Part shown: piece after piece, positions 42,936 through 52,955 of the stretch
Layout: every line of letters starts with the position of its first letter
How positions within the stretch are numbered: the stretch's first letter is position 1
Made by a program: the position numbers and the translations under genes
The notes under the pieces: generated by a model
What the model was told of the DNA's origin: nothing
Databases searched by the model: none
Seen by the model: only the letters and a program-made list of their open reading frames with translations
Source of the DNA: a bacterium
GTDB taxonomy: Bacteria > Patescibacteriota > Patescibacteriia > UBA1558 > GWA2-36-10
NCBI GenBank assembly: GCA_018653315.1
Contig: JABIAL010000037.1
Span: forward strand, 1,487 to 65,486
Direction: 5' to 3'
DNA length: 64,000 nucleotides

Positions 42936-45650
42936 TTAGTGAAATTTCTTAGCTTTTTCTATTCTGATTTGGCCACCTTTATCAAAAACTACTACATCAC
43001 GACGACCAATTTTGCCTTTTAACAAAAATGTAGCCAAAGCATTATCTACTCTGTCTTGAATAACTCGTCGTAAAGGACGAGCACCAAATACAGGATCAAA
43101 ACCTAGTTGTGCCAACTCAGTTTGAGCTTCATCAGTGGCTGTAAAAAATATTCCTTTCTCAGCCAAACGTTTTTGTACTTTCTTTAACATCAAGCCAGCA
43201 ATTTGAAATATCTCTGTTTCAGTCAAAGGTCTAAAGACAACTGTGCTATCAAAACGATTTAAAAACTCCGGACGAAAAACTCCTCCTAACTTTTCTTTGA
43301 TTAGTTCATCTTTAAAATCATCTATTGATCTATGTTCTTGAATTTGTTTTTGAATATAAGCCGTACCGGCATTAGAAGTAGCAACAATAATCAGATTGGT
43401 AAAATCAACAGTCTTACCAAAGGCGTCAGTTAAACGACCATCTTCCATTACTTGTAAAAAAACATTTAAAATATCCGGATGTGCTTTTTCAATTTCATCT
43501 AAAAGTAATAAAGCAAACGGCTTATGTCGCACTGCCTCGGTCAACAAGCCTGTTTGACCAGAACTAACCGAACCGATTAAACGATCCAGACTATTTTGAT
43601 TTTGATACTCTGACATATCCAAGCGAATCATGTTTTCTTCATCACCAAAATATTTTTCAGCTACGGTTTTTGCTAGTTCTGTTTTACCAACACCAGTTGG
43701 TCCTAGAAATAACAAAGTAGCAATTGGTCTTTTTTTGTCTCTCAATTCAGCACGTGCTCTTTGTAAAGCAGTGGTCACTTGCTTAACTGCTTCTTCTTGA
43801 CCAATCACACGTTGATGAATCTCTTCTTCTAAATTCAAAAGCTTTGACGACTCTTTAGTCGATAAACTAGTCAATGGAATCTTGGTCTTACGAGAAATAA
43901 GACCAGCCACATCTTCAGCCCTGATTAATTTATCTTGTTTTTTTATTTTACTAGATGCTACGGCTACCTCTTCCATAATGGTAATTGCCTTGGTTGGTAA
44001 ATATGTATCTGGTAAATAACGATCAGTTAAATCATAAATTTTCTCCAAAGCATTATAGGTAAAATAGATACCGTACTTATTCTCTAAACCACCAACATGT
44101 GACTCCATTATTTGAATAGACTGATTTTTGCCTGGCTCTGCTATATCAATTTTACGTAAAGCCTGACCGAGCTCTTTGCCCTCTAATTGTCTAACGTATT
44201 CTTGATTGGTAGTAGAGGCGATAACAATAATATTTTTATTACGGATTTCAGCGGCTAACACTTCAGACAAATCAATCCCTTCAGTGCCTTCTGAACTAAC
44301 TCCAACAAGATTATGAATATTATCAATAAACAAAATTATATTGCCAGAAAGAGCTGTTTCACTTAAAATGCCCAGAAATCTTTCTTCTAATTTACCGGTA
44401 CCGGTAGCACCAGAAATAAGCCAAGGAATAGAAATGCTAACTAAACGCTTATCTTGAAAGACAGTAGGCACTTCTTCGGCCATCATGCGATTAGCAATGC
44501 CCTCTACAACATTTGTCTTACCAACACCCGGCAAGCCTACTAAAACTACGCTGGCCATATCACTCTCCATGGTATTCATAATTTCAACAATTTCTTCTTC
44601 TCTGGCCACAGACAATGGCAAACGACCAAACTTAGCTGCTAGAGTCAAATCTGAAGAAAAATTATCCAACATTGGAGTGGCGATGGCAGTATAAGAACGA
44701 TTGATGCCTGACTTTGATCTAAATAAAGAACGGCCTCGATAACGACGATAACGATGACCTAATTGTAAATTGATATCTAACCAAGCAATGACATTGTCTA
44801 TTTTATCATCGTTAATTTTAAAATCATAAAAGAAATCCTTGATATCCTCATTGTGCTTGACTAAAGCTGCTAATAAATCTATTTCTTCAACTTGTTTAAC
44901 TTTTCGAATAACAGCCGCATGCCAATAAGCATTTAATAGAACATTTTTTAAGCTATCTGATAAATCTAATTTTTGTTTACGAGTCAACTTTTTCTTGGTA
45001 TTTTTTTTGACTAACTCGACTAAATTTTTATCAATAATCTGTTGAAGATTTGCTGCACCAACTCCCAAACGAGCCAAGACTACCTTAATGTCTTTATCAT
45101 TTAATAAAATGAATAATAAATGCCAAACAGTAGCTGGCCACATTCTTTTATGGTGAGCGTAAAGCCAGGTCTTATCTAGGATATCCTCTGTTTCTTGATT
45201 AAAGCTATTGGCAATATTATATTTAGTAAATGTTTCTTTATCACCTAATTTTTTGGCATTAATATTCTTGCGATGAGACGGTAAGGATAAGCGATAGTAC
45301 AAATACATATCAGCTATTACTAAAAGAGCTAACCAAATATTATCTACGCTTGGCGTAGTAAGAAAAGTCAATAGATTATGCGGATCAAATTCTACTTTAT
45401 CCAAAATATTATAAATAAACCAGACGCTAAAAATCGTAGTTAAAATTAATAGCCCGTTTATCAATAAATCAATAACTAGCCTTATTTCTCGAATAAAAAT
45501 ACTAGAACGATTGATTCTTTTATCCCAATATAAAAAATTGTTATCTTTAAAATAAAAACGTCCCAAGCTAAAACAAGCCTGACACTTTTTATTTATAATA
45601 GAGCCATGGCCACGACACTGATCACATTGTTGAAAACTTATGCCAGCCAT
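42936..45650 (-). CDS. Clp/Hsp100-family double AAA+ ATPase (ClpA/ClpC-like, no M-domain) with an unusual N-terminal zinc ribbon and a TM segment
   Basis: D1 Walker A GLPGVGKTN and D2 Walker A GPTGVGKTE. Clp-N-like repeats. N-terminal CDQCRGHGSIINKKCQAC followed by the hydrophobic helix LVIDLLINGLLILTTIFSVWFIY. Confidence 0.8.
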   Translation of the reverse strand: MAGISFQQCDQCRGHGSIINKKCQACFSLGRFYFKDNNFLYWDKRINRSSIFIREIRLVIDLLINGLLILTTIFSVWFIYNILDKVEFDPHNLLTFLTTPSVDNIWLALLVIADMYLYYRLSLPSHRKNINAKKLGDKETFTKYNIANSFNQETEDILDKTWLYAHHKRMWPATVWHLLFILLNDKDIKVVLARLGVGAANLQQIIDKNLVELVKKNTKKKLTRKQKLDLSDSLKNVLLNAYWHAAVIRKVKQVEEIDLLAALVKHNEDIKDFFYDFKINDDKIDNVIAWLDINLQLGHRYRRYRGRSLFRSKSGINRSYTAIATPMLDNFSSDLTLAAKFGRLPLSVAREEEIVEIMNTMESDMASVVLVGLPGVGKTNVVEGIANRMMAEEVPTVFQDKRLVSISIPWLISGATGTGKLEERFLGILSETALSGNIILFIDNIHNLVGVSSEGTEGIDLSEVLAAEIRNKNIIVIASTTNQEYVRQLEGKELGQALRKIDIAEPGKNQSIQIMESHVGGLENKYGIYFTYNALEKIYDLTDRYLPDTYLPTKAITIMEEVAVASSKIKKQDKLIRAEDVAGLISRKTKIPLTSLSTKESSKLLNLEEEIHQRVIGQEEAVKQVTTALQRARAELRDKKRPIATLLFLGPTGVGKTELAKTVAEKYFGDEENMIRLDMSEYQNQNSLDRLIGSVSSGQTGLLTEAVRHKPFALLLLDEIEKAHPDILNVFLQVMEDGRLTDAFGKTVDFTNLIIVATSNAGTAYIQKQIQEHRSIDDFKDELIKEKLGGVFRPEFLNRFDSTVVFRPLTETEIFQIAGLMLKKVQKRLAEKGIFFTATDEAQTELAQLGFDPVFGARPLRRVIQDRVDNALATFLLKGKIGRRDVVVFDKGGQIRIEKAKKFH

Positions 45651-46018
45651 AAAACACGCAAATTATTAACTAATTGCATAATAACTACTAATGGTAATAA
45701 TACCCAAAATGCTAACAAACAAATATAGAGCACTGTTCCAATAACAAAAACCACGAAACGACTTATTAATAGGATAAAACGCATAAAAAAACTGATTGCC
45801 CGTCCAGCTCGATCATATTGACCAAACATAGGGCTAAGCAAATGCGTAATCATCACTTTCAAAGATAAACTGTATGCTAATTTTTTTACACTTCGCCAAA
45901 TATAAACAAATACACCTTTCAAACCTCTGGTGTACCACCAAATAGGAAAATACAAAATTTCCCCAATCAGATCAATGAAGAGAGTTTTAATTGTTTTGAT
46001 AAAAATATTTTCACTCAT
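45638..46018 (-). CDS. Hypothetical membrane protein, 13-nt overlap with the Clp ATPase gene
   Basis: 126 aa with 3 TM helices. Confidence 0.4.
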   Translation of the reverse strand: MSENIFIKTIKTLFIDLIGEILYFPIWWYTRGLKGVFVYIWRSVKKLAYSLSLKVMITHLLSPMFGQYDRAGRAISFFMRFILLISRFVVFVIGTVLYICLLAFWVLLPLVVIMQLVNNLRVLWLA

Positions 46019-46048
46019 CGTAAATATTATAGCATTTTTTACTACAAA

Positions 46049-46077
46049 TTGACAAAAAATATCAAATTATCTAATAT
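46049..46077 (+). promoter_or_regulatory. Canonical sigma70 promoter TTGACA-17-TAATAT, followed by the strong SD TAGGAGGA 7 nt before the ATG of the 65-aa ORF
   Basis: -35 at 46049-46054, -10 at 46072-46077, SD at 46107-46114. Confidence 0.55.
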
Positions 46078-46121
46078 AGAATAAACAAAGTTCATCATAC
46101 ACAATCTAGGAGGATCAAAAA

Positions 46122-46319
46122 ATGATGCCCAGAATTACCACTAACGAAAATGGAGAACGAGTAGTGGTTGACGCTATGAGCGGCAAACGCTATCCTCCAG
46201 ACGAAGAGGGTATGATCTTAGCTCAAATTGATCTAAGCACAGTCGAAGAAGATAATGAGCCTGAAGATGAGGAATCAAAAGACAAATCGAATATTCCGAT
46301 TTTTCTAAAACCAAACTAG
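46122..46319 (+). CDS. Small, highly acidic hypothetical protein (65 aa) in a self-contained transcription unit
   Basis: Consensus promoter, strong SD and an intrinsic terminator flank the ORF. GC content is higher than the host. Net charge is about -10. Confidence 0.5.
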   Translation: MMPRITTNENGERVVVDAMSGKRYPPDEEGMILAQIDLSTVEEDNEPEDEESKDKSNIPIFLKPN

Positions 46320-46328
46320 GCTAAAACT

Positions 46329-46358
46329 AAAAGCACTTCATTTGACGAAGTGCTTTTC
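46329..46358. terminator. Bidirectional intrinsic terminator AAAGCACTTC-ATTTGAC-GAAGTGCTTT between the convergent 65-aa ORF and tgt
   Basis: Perfect 10-bp stem with U-rich tracts on both sides. Confidence 0.7.
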
Positions 46359-46361
46359 TAT

Positions 46362-47468
46362 TTATAACTTATTATTTTTTATAGCTTTTCTTATTTCTAA
46401 CATCAAATCTAAATAAAATTTGAGATTATTCAAAGTTGCCAGTCGCAAGGCCAATGGCTCTTGAGTTTTAAATAAATGATGTAAATAGGATAATGAATAT
46501 TTACCAAATTTACCCTCAGCTAACAAAGTTTTGTCTTTAGCAAATTTGGCGTTAGTAATATTTATAGTTTTGTAGAAATCTTTTTTAGTGACACTTGGCT
46601 TTCCTTTCCATAAATACAATCTTCCGTGCCGAGCTTCTCTAGTCGGAATCACACAATCAAACATGTCTAATCCCCGCTTAACTGCCTCAATAATATTATC
46701 TGGATAACCAACTCCCATTAAATAACGAGGTTTATCGGCTGGTAAAACTGGCGTGGTATAATCCAAAACTTTATACATCACATCATTAGACTCACCAACA
46801 GCTAGTCCACCGATGGCTAATCCGTCCCAATCAAATTGCATTAGCTCATCAGCTGAGCGTTTACGTAAATCCTCAAAATCAGCTCCTTGAACAATGCCAA
46901 ATATCAATTGCTTCTTGATCTTAACTGATTTTTTATTTAATTTTTGTTTATAATTAAAAGCCATCTCAGCCCAACGTGTAGTTCTATCCAAAGCTTTAAT
47001 AGCATCCTGACGCTTAGCCGGCAAACCAATACACTCATCCAAAACCATCATAATATCAGAATTTAAAGCAACTTGGATATCTACTACCTTTTTTGGATTC
47101 AAAACATGTTTAGAACCATCAATATGTGAACGGAAAGCAATATTGTCACCATCTATCTTCCTCAAATTAGACAAAGAAAACACCTGATAACCACCGCTGT
47201 CTGTTAAAATAGGTAAATCACAATCCATAAATTGGTGTAAATTACCATGTTTTTTTATTACCTCCATCCCTGGACGCAAATAATTATGATAAGTATTAGA
47301 CAAAATAATTTCTGCTCCCAAATTTTTGACTTCATTAGCAGTTAAGCTTTTTAAAGCCGCTTTTGTAGCTATTGGCATAAAAAAAGGCGTACTGACTTTG
47401 CCACGGGCAGTAGTCAACACACCTAATCTTGCTTGTGATTTCTGAGAAGTTTTTAAAAGTTTAAACAT
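46362..47468 (-). CDS. tgt: Queuine/preQ1 tRNA-ribosyltransferase
   Basis: TIM-barrel TGT with Zn cysteines (CxCxxC...H region) and the conserved FMPIATKAA, DSGGYQ and LMGVGYP motifs. Confidence 0.9.
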   Translation of the reverse strand: MFKLLKTSQKSQARLGVLTTARGKVSTPFFMPIATKAALKSLTANEVKNLGAEIILSNTYHNYLRPGMEVIKKHGNLHQFMDCDLPILTDSGGYQVFSLSNLRKIDGDNIAFRSHIDGSKHVLNPKKVVDIQVALNSDIMMVLDECIGLPAKRQDAIKALDRTTRWAEMAFNYKQKLNKKSVKIKKQLIFGIVQGADFEDLRKRSADELMQFDWDGLAIGGLAVGESNDVMYKVLDYTTPVLPADKPRYLMGVGYPDNIIEAVKRGLDMFDCVIPTREARHGRLYLWKGKPSVTKKDFYKTINITNAKFAKDKTLLAEGKFGKYSLSYLHHLFKTQEPLALRLATLNNLKFYLDLMLEIRKAIKNNKL

Positions 47469-47479
47469 TTAAAAAATAT

Positions 47480-49288
47480 TTATTGAACAGTACCAATCGG
47501 TTCACTACTATCTGCCACTGCATCGGATGTTTTTAAAATCTTTGAGCGAACAATAACTTCTTCTTGTTGACCAACTGCTTTGGCTGTTACTGGATTTAAT
47601 AAAGTCATCGTTTGACCACGATCATCCTCAGTAGGTACAAGATCAATCATGAAAGAAGTGGTAACTGGTAATAGTAAATCTCCAAAAGCATCTAAAGTCC
47701 AAGTAATACTACGATCATCTTCATCAAAAACTAATCCTCCTTCTTCTACTTCTGCTTCATCAGCAAAAGAAACATTTGGTGGCAAGATAGTACTAACTGT
47801 AACTGTATCAAAATCTCCTGTGCTCTGTGGTAATGACCAAACAACTAAATATCCTGTTGTTTCGCCTACCTGTGGTGGTAATAAACCAGAACCTACTCTA
47901 CGACCACCTAAATGCCAATAAACTCCATTATTAAACCCCAAACTTTCACCAACTGTAATTTGAGAAATAGTCTGTAATTGTTCCCAGTCACTTAAACCAG
48001 CAACATTAATCATGATAATATTTTCAATCAAACGTTCCGGTTGCGGTTGATCTATTAATTTAACTTCCCAAGTAAAAGTTTTTGTTTCACCTGATGTCCA
48101 TAAAGTTAAAGCATCATCAACTTCGGTTGTCCAAATAATTTTTTCTCCTAAGTACTCACCAACTGTATCTAAGGTATCCCAAGATAATAAATCTCCAGTC
48201 AATAACGCCGCAATCTGGACATCGGCTATATCACTAGCGCTATCATTAGTAATTTTTAATTGATAACGTAAAGTATCATCCCAATCAGCTGTGATATTAC
48301 CCGAATTACCATTAATCTCTAAATCGATACTAAATTGTGGATTAACTACGATAACAGCATGCTCCTGCCGAGAAAGTCGACGAAAATCATCATTAACTAC
48401 TTTACCAATCTCTGCTACTACTAATTGATCAACTCGACTATCTATAGAAAAATTACCTTTGATAACTACGATTTTTTCTTCTTCTGGCTCAAGTGAGCTA
48501 GTCCAAAAATCACCCTCTTTAGCTGGCGTGGTACTAGCTGTAATCCAATCGTCTGGTAACAAAACATCTAAGCTTATATCAACCAAAGCTTCTTTGCTTA
48601 AATTACGATAAACAATCTTTATCTCTTGCTCAGTATCAATTAATGTTTTATCAGCAGTCTCTATAGCCAACTCAATTTTCTGATCTTTGACTTTGGTTTC
48701 AACTGTATCTTTGGCTCTAAAATCAGAATGAAAATTAGCTGGCTGATAATCTAAATTAAAAGACACTGTTAATTCTTCATCTTTGGCACCAACTAATTGA
48801 CCTACGATTTCTATAGTCGCTGTACGACCAGGCTCTAAGTCTGTTAAGGTCCAAGTCTTAGCATTAGCATTATCTGGTTCAATCGTAGCCTGATCAAAAT
48901 AAAATCCAACTGGCCAATAAACGCTAAGTTCCATATTCGTCAAAGGTACTGTATCCAAATTAGTATACTCAACTACATAAGTCACTTCATCACCAGAAGT
49001 AATTTTAGCTGGACCAGTAGCCTGAAACTGCAAGCTAGTTTGATTTTCACCATTCATGTTACCGTTCCAATGCCACAAGCCAGCGGCAGCGGCAATGAAT
49101 ATTAAAAATAAAAAGAAAATCAAGCCACCTCTAGCTTTAGGTGCTTTTTTAAAAGTTCTAAATTCTTTTGGCACTTCTCTTTTTCGACCGCTTGATTTAC
49201 GTCGAGTAACTATAGGCGCTTCATAAGAATTTTTACGTACCGGTGATCTTTTAACAGAATCAACACTACGTTTTTTTACTTTAGCCAT
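47480..49288 (-). CDS. Hypothetical surface protein with a basic cytoplasmic N-tail, one TM helix and a large extracytoplasmic beta-rich domain
   Basis: 602 aa. RK-rich first 50 aa, then LIFFLFLIFIAAAAGLW. No family recognised. Confidence 0.45.
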   Translation of the reverse strand: MAKVKKRSVDSVKRSPVRKNSYEAPIVTRRKSSGRKREVPKEFRTFKKAPKARGGLIFFLFLIFIAAAAGLWHWNGNMNGENQTSLQFQATGPAKITSGDEVTYVVEYTNLDTVPLTNMELSVYWPVGFYFDQATIEPDNANAKTWTLTDLEPGRTATIEIVGQLVGAKDEELTVSFNLDYQPANFHSDFRAKDTVETKVKDQKIELAIETADKTLIDTEQEIKIVYRNLSKEALVDISLDVLLPDDWITASTTPAKEGDFWTSSLEPEEEKIVVIKGNFSIDSRVDQLVVAEIGKVVNDDFRRLSRQEHAVIVVNPQFSIDLEINGNSGNITADWDDTLRYQLKITNDSASDIADVQIAALLTGDLLSWDTLDTVGEYLGEKIIWTTEVDDALTLWTSGETKTFTWEVKLIDQPQPERLIENIIMINVAGLSDWEQLQTISQITVGESLGFNNGVYWHLGGRRVGSGLLPPQVGETTGYLVVWSLPQSTGDFDTVTVSTILPPNVSFADEAEVEEGGLVFDEDDRSITWTLDAFGDLLLPVTTSFMIDLVPTEDDRGQTMTLLNPVTAKAVGQQEEVIVRSKILKTSDAVADSSEPIGTVQ

Positions 49289-50009
49289 AAATAAATAATT
49301 TTAATGCTTGAGAAGGACGATCGTAAACTTCCTGATAATAAGCTTGCGAAGCTTGAAGCCATTCTCTATTTAATTGTTTGGCTATTGATATATCTAAAAC
49401 ATCTATCAACGGCCGAGATAATATCTCTCTTAAAAATTGTAACAGATCTTTACTCATTAACAAAGCATTGGCTGATCTATCCTGCATACAAACTACTCCC
49501 TTGCCTGGCAAATAAGCCCCACTACTTACTGAACAACCACATATAATACAATGATCTAATTGGGGATGCCAGCCACTAATGCTTAAAAATTTCCATAAAA
49601 ATGTACGCACTAATAGCATCTTCTGTTCATCAGTTAAACGCTTATCATTTAATAATACCATCATTTCTTCTAACAACTGAAATTCTTTCCAACGAGGCCC
49701 CGAGCTTGCTTCTCCTAAAAATAATTCTACTATGGAAGCTGCTAATGATATATTGCGTATGTTGGTCCTGATATTTTGATAATCTTTGATTAAATGTGTG
49801 CCAGCAACATGATCCATTTTACCGCGGCCAATCATTACTTTGACTTTAGCAAATGGCGGTAAATGTCCAGAAAGTTTACTGCTAGATTTAGCAGCTGCTT
49901 TAACGACCGCTGTGATCAAACCTTCGTGTGGAGTAAATAAATAGTATAACCTGTCCGCTTCTCGCCAAGTCCTTGTCCTCAATACAAATGCTTCGGTTTT
50001 GAAAGCCAT
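49281..50009 (-). CDS. recO: DNA repair protein RecO
   Basis: OB-fold N-terminus (EAFVLRTRTWREADRL) and a C-terminal Zn motif (CIICGC...C). Confidence 0.8.
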   Translation of the reverse strand: MAFKTEAFVLRTRTWREADRLYYLFTPHEGLITAVVKAAAKSSSKLSGHLPPFAKVKVMIGRGKMDHVAGTHLIKDYQNIRTNIRNISLAASIVELFLGEASSGPRWKEFQLLEEMMVLLNDKRLTDEQKMLLVRTFLWKFLSISGWHPQLDHCIICGCSVSSGAYLPGKGVVCMQDRSANALLMSKDLLQFLREILSRPLIDVLDISIAKQLNREWLQASQAYYQEVYDRPSQALKLFIYG

Positions 50010-52955
50010 TTATTTCTTGTCCGCCTTTGGCGTGATTAATCCTAAAATAATCTCTTCACCATTAATCTTTTGAACCTTCTGTCTTTCTGGACTAGTATCT
50101 ACTTTTTCCAAAGATCCAGCTGAGGTGCTTTTTATAATTTCTTCTTTATACTTTTCTATTACAACTAATAAATTCTTTGATTCTGTTTGATAGGTCTCTA
50201 CTGGTTTATCTGCTGGTTTTAATCCTGATTCTTTACGTAAAACATTTATAAAACGAATCAACTCTCTTAATATTCCTTTTTCTTTTAAATCATCGGTTAA
50301 ATTGGTATCTAAAGATACTTTAAAATCATTTACTTCTGTAACAATCCAGCCATCAGCAGTTATCACATCATCTATTATCACTGACTCTACATTTAACTCA
50401 TCACTTAAAATATTCAAATAATCTTTATTTTTAGCTAAACCAGATTTATCCGCTACTTTTAAGGTAGACAAAGGCTGACGTACTTTGATGCCAGCTTCAG
50501 CTCGAGCAGCATGAACACTTTCAGCAATCTGACGAACCATATCCATTTTAGCTAAAACTTCTTGATCTATTAATTTCTGATCAGCTTTCATCCATTCTTC
50601 TAAATGAACAGATGTTTTATTATCAAACTCCTGCCAAATAATATCCGCTGTCATTGGTGTAAATGGAGCGATCAATTTAGCAAATTGTTTTAAGATGAAC
50701 GCCAAGGTCTCAATGGCTTGTTCCTTGTCTTTCAAATCATCACCTTTGAAACGATCACGACTACGTCTTAAGTACCAGGTAGATAGCTCATCAACAAAAT
50801 CAAATAAAGGACGAGTAGCTTTAACTAGATTATATTCTTTCATTGCTTCTGTCACCTCTTGATGCAATTTATAAAACTTAGCAACAATCCATTTATCTAA
50901 ATCATTATTTAATTTTGCTAATTTATCTCCGTCTATTTTAGCTTCACCTTTAAACATCTGATAAAAACTAAAAACATTTTGTAGTAAGCCAATAAAACGA
51001 CGATAAGTAGTCTGTAAATCTTTTTCTACAAAAGAAAGATTCTCAGCCAACATCACCGGAGAAGATAATAAGTACAAACGTAAGGCATCGGCGCCATATT
51101 TTTCCATTATGTCATTTGGATCTGGATAGTTTTGTAATTTCTTGGCCATTTTCTTACCATCTTCAGCTAAAACAATCCCATTAACAATAACATTATCAAA
51201 AGCTTGTGAACCTTTAATGGCGACAGCTAAAATATGCATGTAATAAAACCAAGCTCTAGTTTGATCTAAGCCTTCAGCAATAAATTTGGCTGGAAAGTTA
51301 TCATTAAACCTATCTTCGTTTTCAAATGGGTAATGCATTTGAGCATAAGGCATTGAACCAGAATCAAACCAAGTATCCAAAACATCCGGCACCCGTTTCA
51401 TAGTGCTGCCACCTGCCTGCCGGCAGGCAGGCATTGAACAAGCAAAGGTGATTTCATCAACTATATGTTTGTGTAAATCTGTTACTTTTTGACCGCTGGC
51501 TTTTTCTAAATCGGCAACCGATCCAAATACTACTTTTTCCTCACACTTATCACACTCCCAAATTGGCATCACGGAAGCCCAAAATCTTTGACGAGAAATC
51601 GACCAATCACGAGCTCCTTCTAGCCATTTTCCAAAACGGCCTTCTTTAATATGATCTGGAGTCCAATTTATATTCTTAGCGGTTTTTTGGGCCTTGTCTT
51701 TGACTTTAGTGACTGCTACAAACCAAGATGAAGTGGCATAATTCAATAATGGAGTTTCACAACGCCAACAATGAGGGTAGCTATGCTCATATTTTGTTTT
51801 ATCAAATAGCAAACCCTTAGCTGCTAAATATTTAATAATAGCTACGTCTGTAGATTGCACATCGTCTATTGGTTTGACGTGCAAACCCTTAAAATCTGTG
51901 ACTTCTTCTTTGATAATCCCATCCATGCCAAGATGTTGCACAAAAGGCAAATTTTTTTCTTTGCCTAATCTCATATCATCTTCACCAAAAGCAGGAGCGA
52001 TATGAACCACGCCCGTTCCTTCTTCAGTAGTCACAAAATCAGCCGTTACAATCTGCCAGCCATTATTTACATTTTCTGAATCTTTATCTTTAGAGTAATA
52101 ATCAAAAAGTGGCGTATATTTCTGAGCAATTAATTTCTTACCTTTAAATTCTTCGACGATTTTATACTCACCAAATTTATCTGCAAATTCTTCTAATAAT
52201 TCTTTGGCTAAGATAAATTTTTCTTTTTCTGATTCTACTTTTATGTAATCAATATTTTCTCCGACAGCCAAAGCAACATTACCAATCAAAGTCCAAGGAG
52301 TTGTCGTCCAAGCCAAAACATATGTGCCTGGCTCATCAACTAACTCAAACTTAGCAGTCAGTGATAAATCTTTAATATCTTTGTAGCCTTCAGAAACCTC
52401 TTGTTGAGATAAAGTAGTTTCACAACGAGGACAAATATGCATCGAGCGATAATCTTGATAAATCAAATCTTTATCCCAAAGCTCTTTGAATACCCACCAA
52501 ACAGATTCCATATATTCTAAATCCATCGTACGATAGGCATTTTTCATATCTGCCCAACGTCCCATGCGAGTGACAGTTTTCTCCCATTCAGCAACATAGC
52601 TCAAAACTTTTGAACGACAAAGTTCATTAAACTTAGCCACGCCCATTTCTTCAATCGCTTGTTTAGATTTGGAACCAAGTTCTTTTTCGACAATATTTTC
52701 CACTGGCAAACCATGACAATCCCAACCCCATTTTCTCTCCACTCTATATCCTTGCATAGTCCAAAAACGAGGGACCACGTCTTTCATGATATTACCTACT
52801 AAATGTCCATAATGCGGAGTTCCAGTAGCAAATGGAGGCCCATCATAAAAAAGATAATCACCATTAGGCGCTGGTTTATCTAAAGATTTCTGAAAAGTTT
52901 GATCACTTTCCCAAAAATCCAATATTTCTTTTTCCCGATCTTTGAAATTAGTCAT
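50010..52955 (-). CDS. ileS: Isoleucyl-tRNA synthetase
   Basis: HIGH variant (PHYGHLVGN), KMSKS variant (KMAKK), editing domain, 981 aa. It contains an in-frame copy of the 20-nt GC-rich palindrome at 51412-51431, encoding PACRQAG in a Cys knuckle. Confidence 0.95.
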   Translation of the reverse strand: MTNFKDREKEILDFWESDQTFQKSLDKPAPNGDYLFYDGPPFATGTPHYGHLVGNIMKDVVPRFWTMQGYRVERKWGWDCHGLPVENIVEKELGSKSKQAIEEMGVAKFNELCRSKVLSYVAEWEKTVTRMGRWADMKNAYRTMDLEYMESVWWVFKELWDKDLIYQDYRSMHICPRCETTLSQQEVSEGYKDIKDLSLTAKFELVDEPGTYVLAWTTTPWTLIGNVALAVGENIDYIKVESEKEKFILAKELLEEFADKFGEYKIVEEFKGKKLIAQKYTPLFDYYSKDKDSENVNNGWQIVTADFVTTEEGTGVVHIAPAFGEDDMRLGKEKNLPFVQHLGMDGIIKEEVTDFKGLHVKPIDDVQSTDVAIIKYLAAKGLLFDKTKYEHSYPHCWRCETPLLNYATSSWFVAVTKVKDKAQKTAKNINWTPDHIKEGRFGKWLEGARDWSISRQRFWASVMPIWECDKCEEKVVFGSVADLEKASGQKVTDLHKHIVDEITFACSMPACRQAGGSTMKRVPDVLDTWFDSGSMPYAQMHYPFENEDRFNDNFPAKFIAEGLDQTRAWFYYMHILAVAIKGSQAFDNVIVNGIVLAEDGKKMAKKLQNYPDPNDIMEKYGADALRLYLLSSPVMLAENLSFVEKDLQTTYRRFIGLLQNVFSFYQMFKGEAKIDGDKLAKLNNDLDKWIVAKFYKLHQEVTEAMKEYNLVKATRPLFDFVDELSTWYLRRSRDRFKGDDLKDKEQAIETLAFILKQFAKLIAPFTPMTADIIWQEFDNKTSVHLEEWMKADQKLIDQEVLAKMDMVRQIAESVHAARAEAGIKVRQPLSTLKVADKSGLAKNKDYLNILSDELNVESVIIDDVITADGWIVTEVNDFKVSLDTNLTDDLKEKGILRELIRFINVLRKESGLKPADKPVETYQTESKNLLVVIEKYKEEIIKSTSAGSLEKVDTSPERQKVQKINGEEIILGLITPKADKK
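51412..51431. repeat. Perfect 20-nt palindrome CCTGCCTGCCGGCAGGCAGG, copy 1, inside the ileS CDS
   Basis: Identical to the 54359-54378 copy and nearly identical to 53202-53222. Confidence 0.75.
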
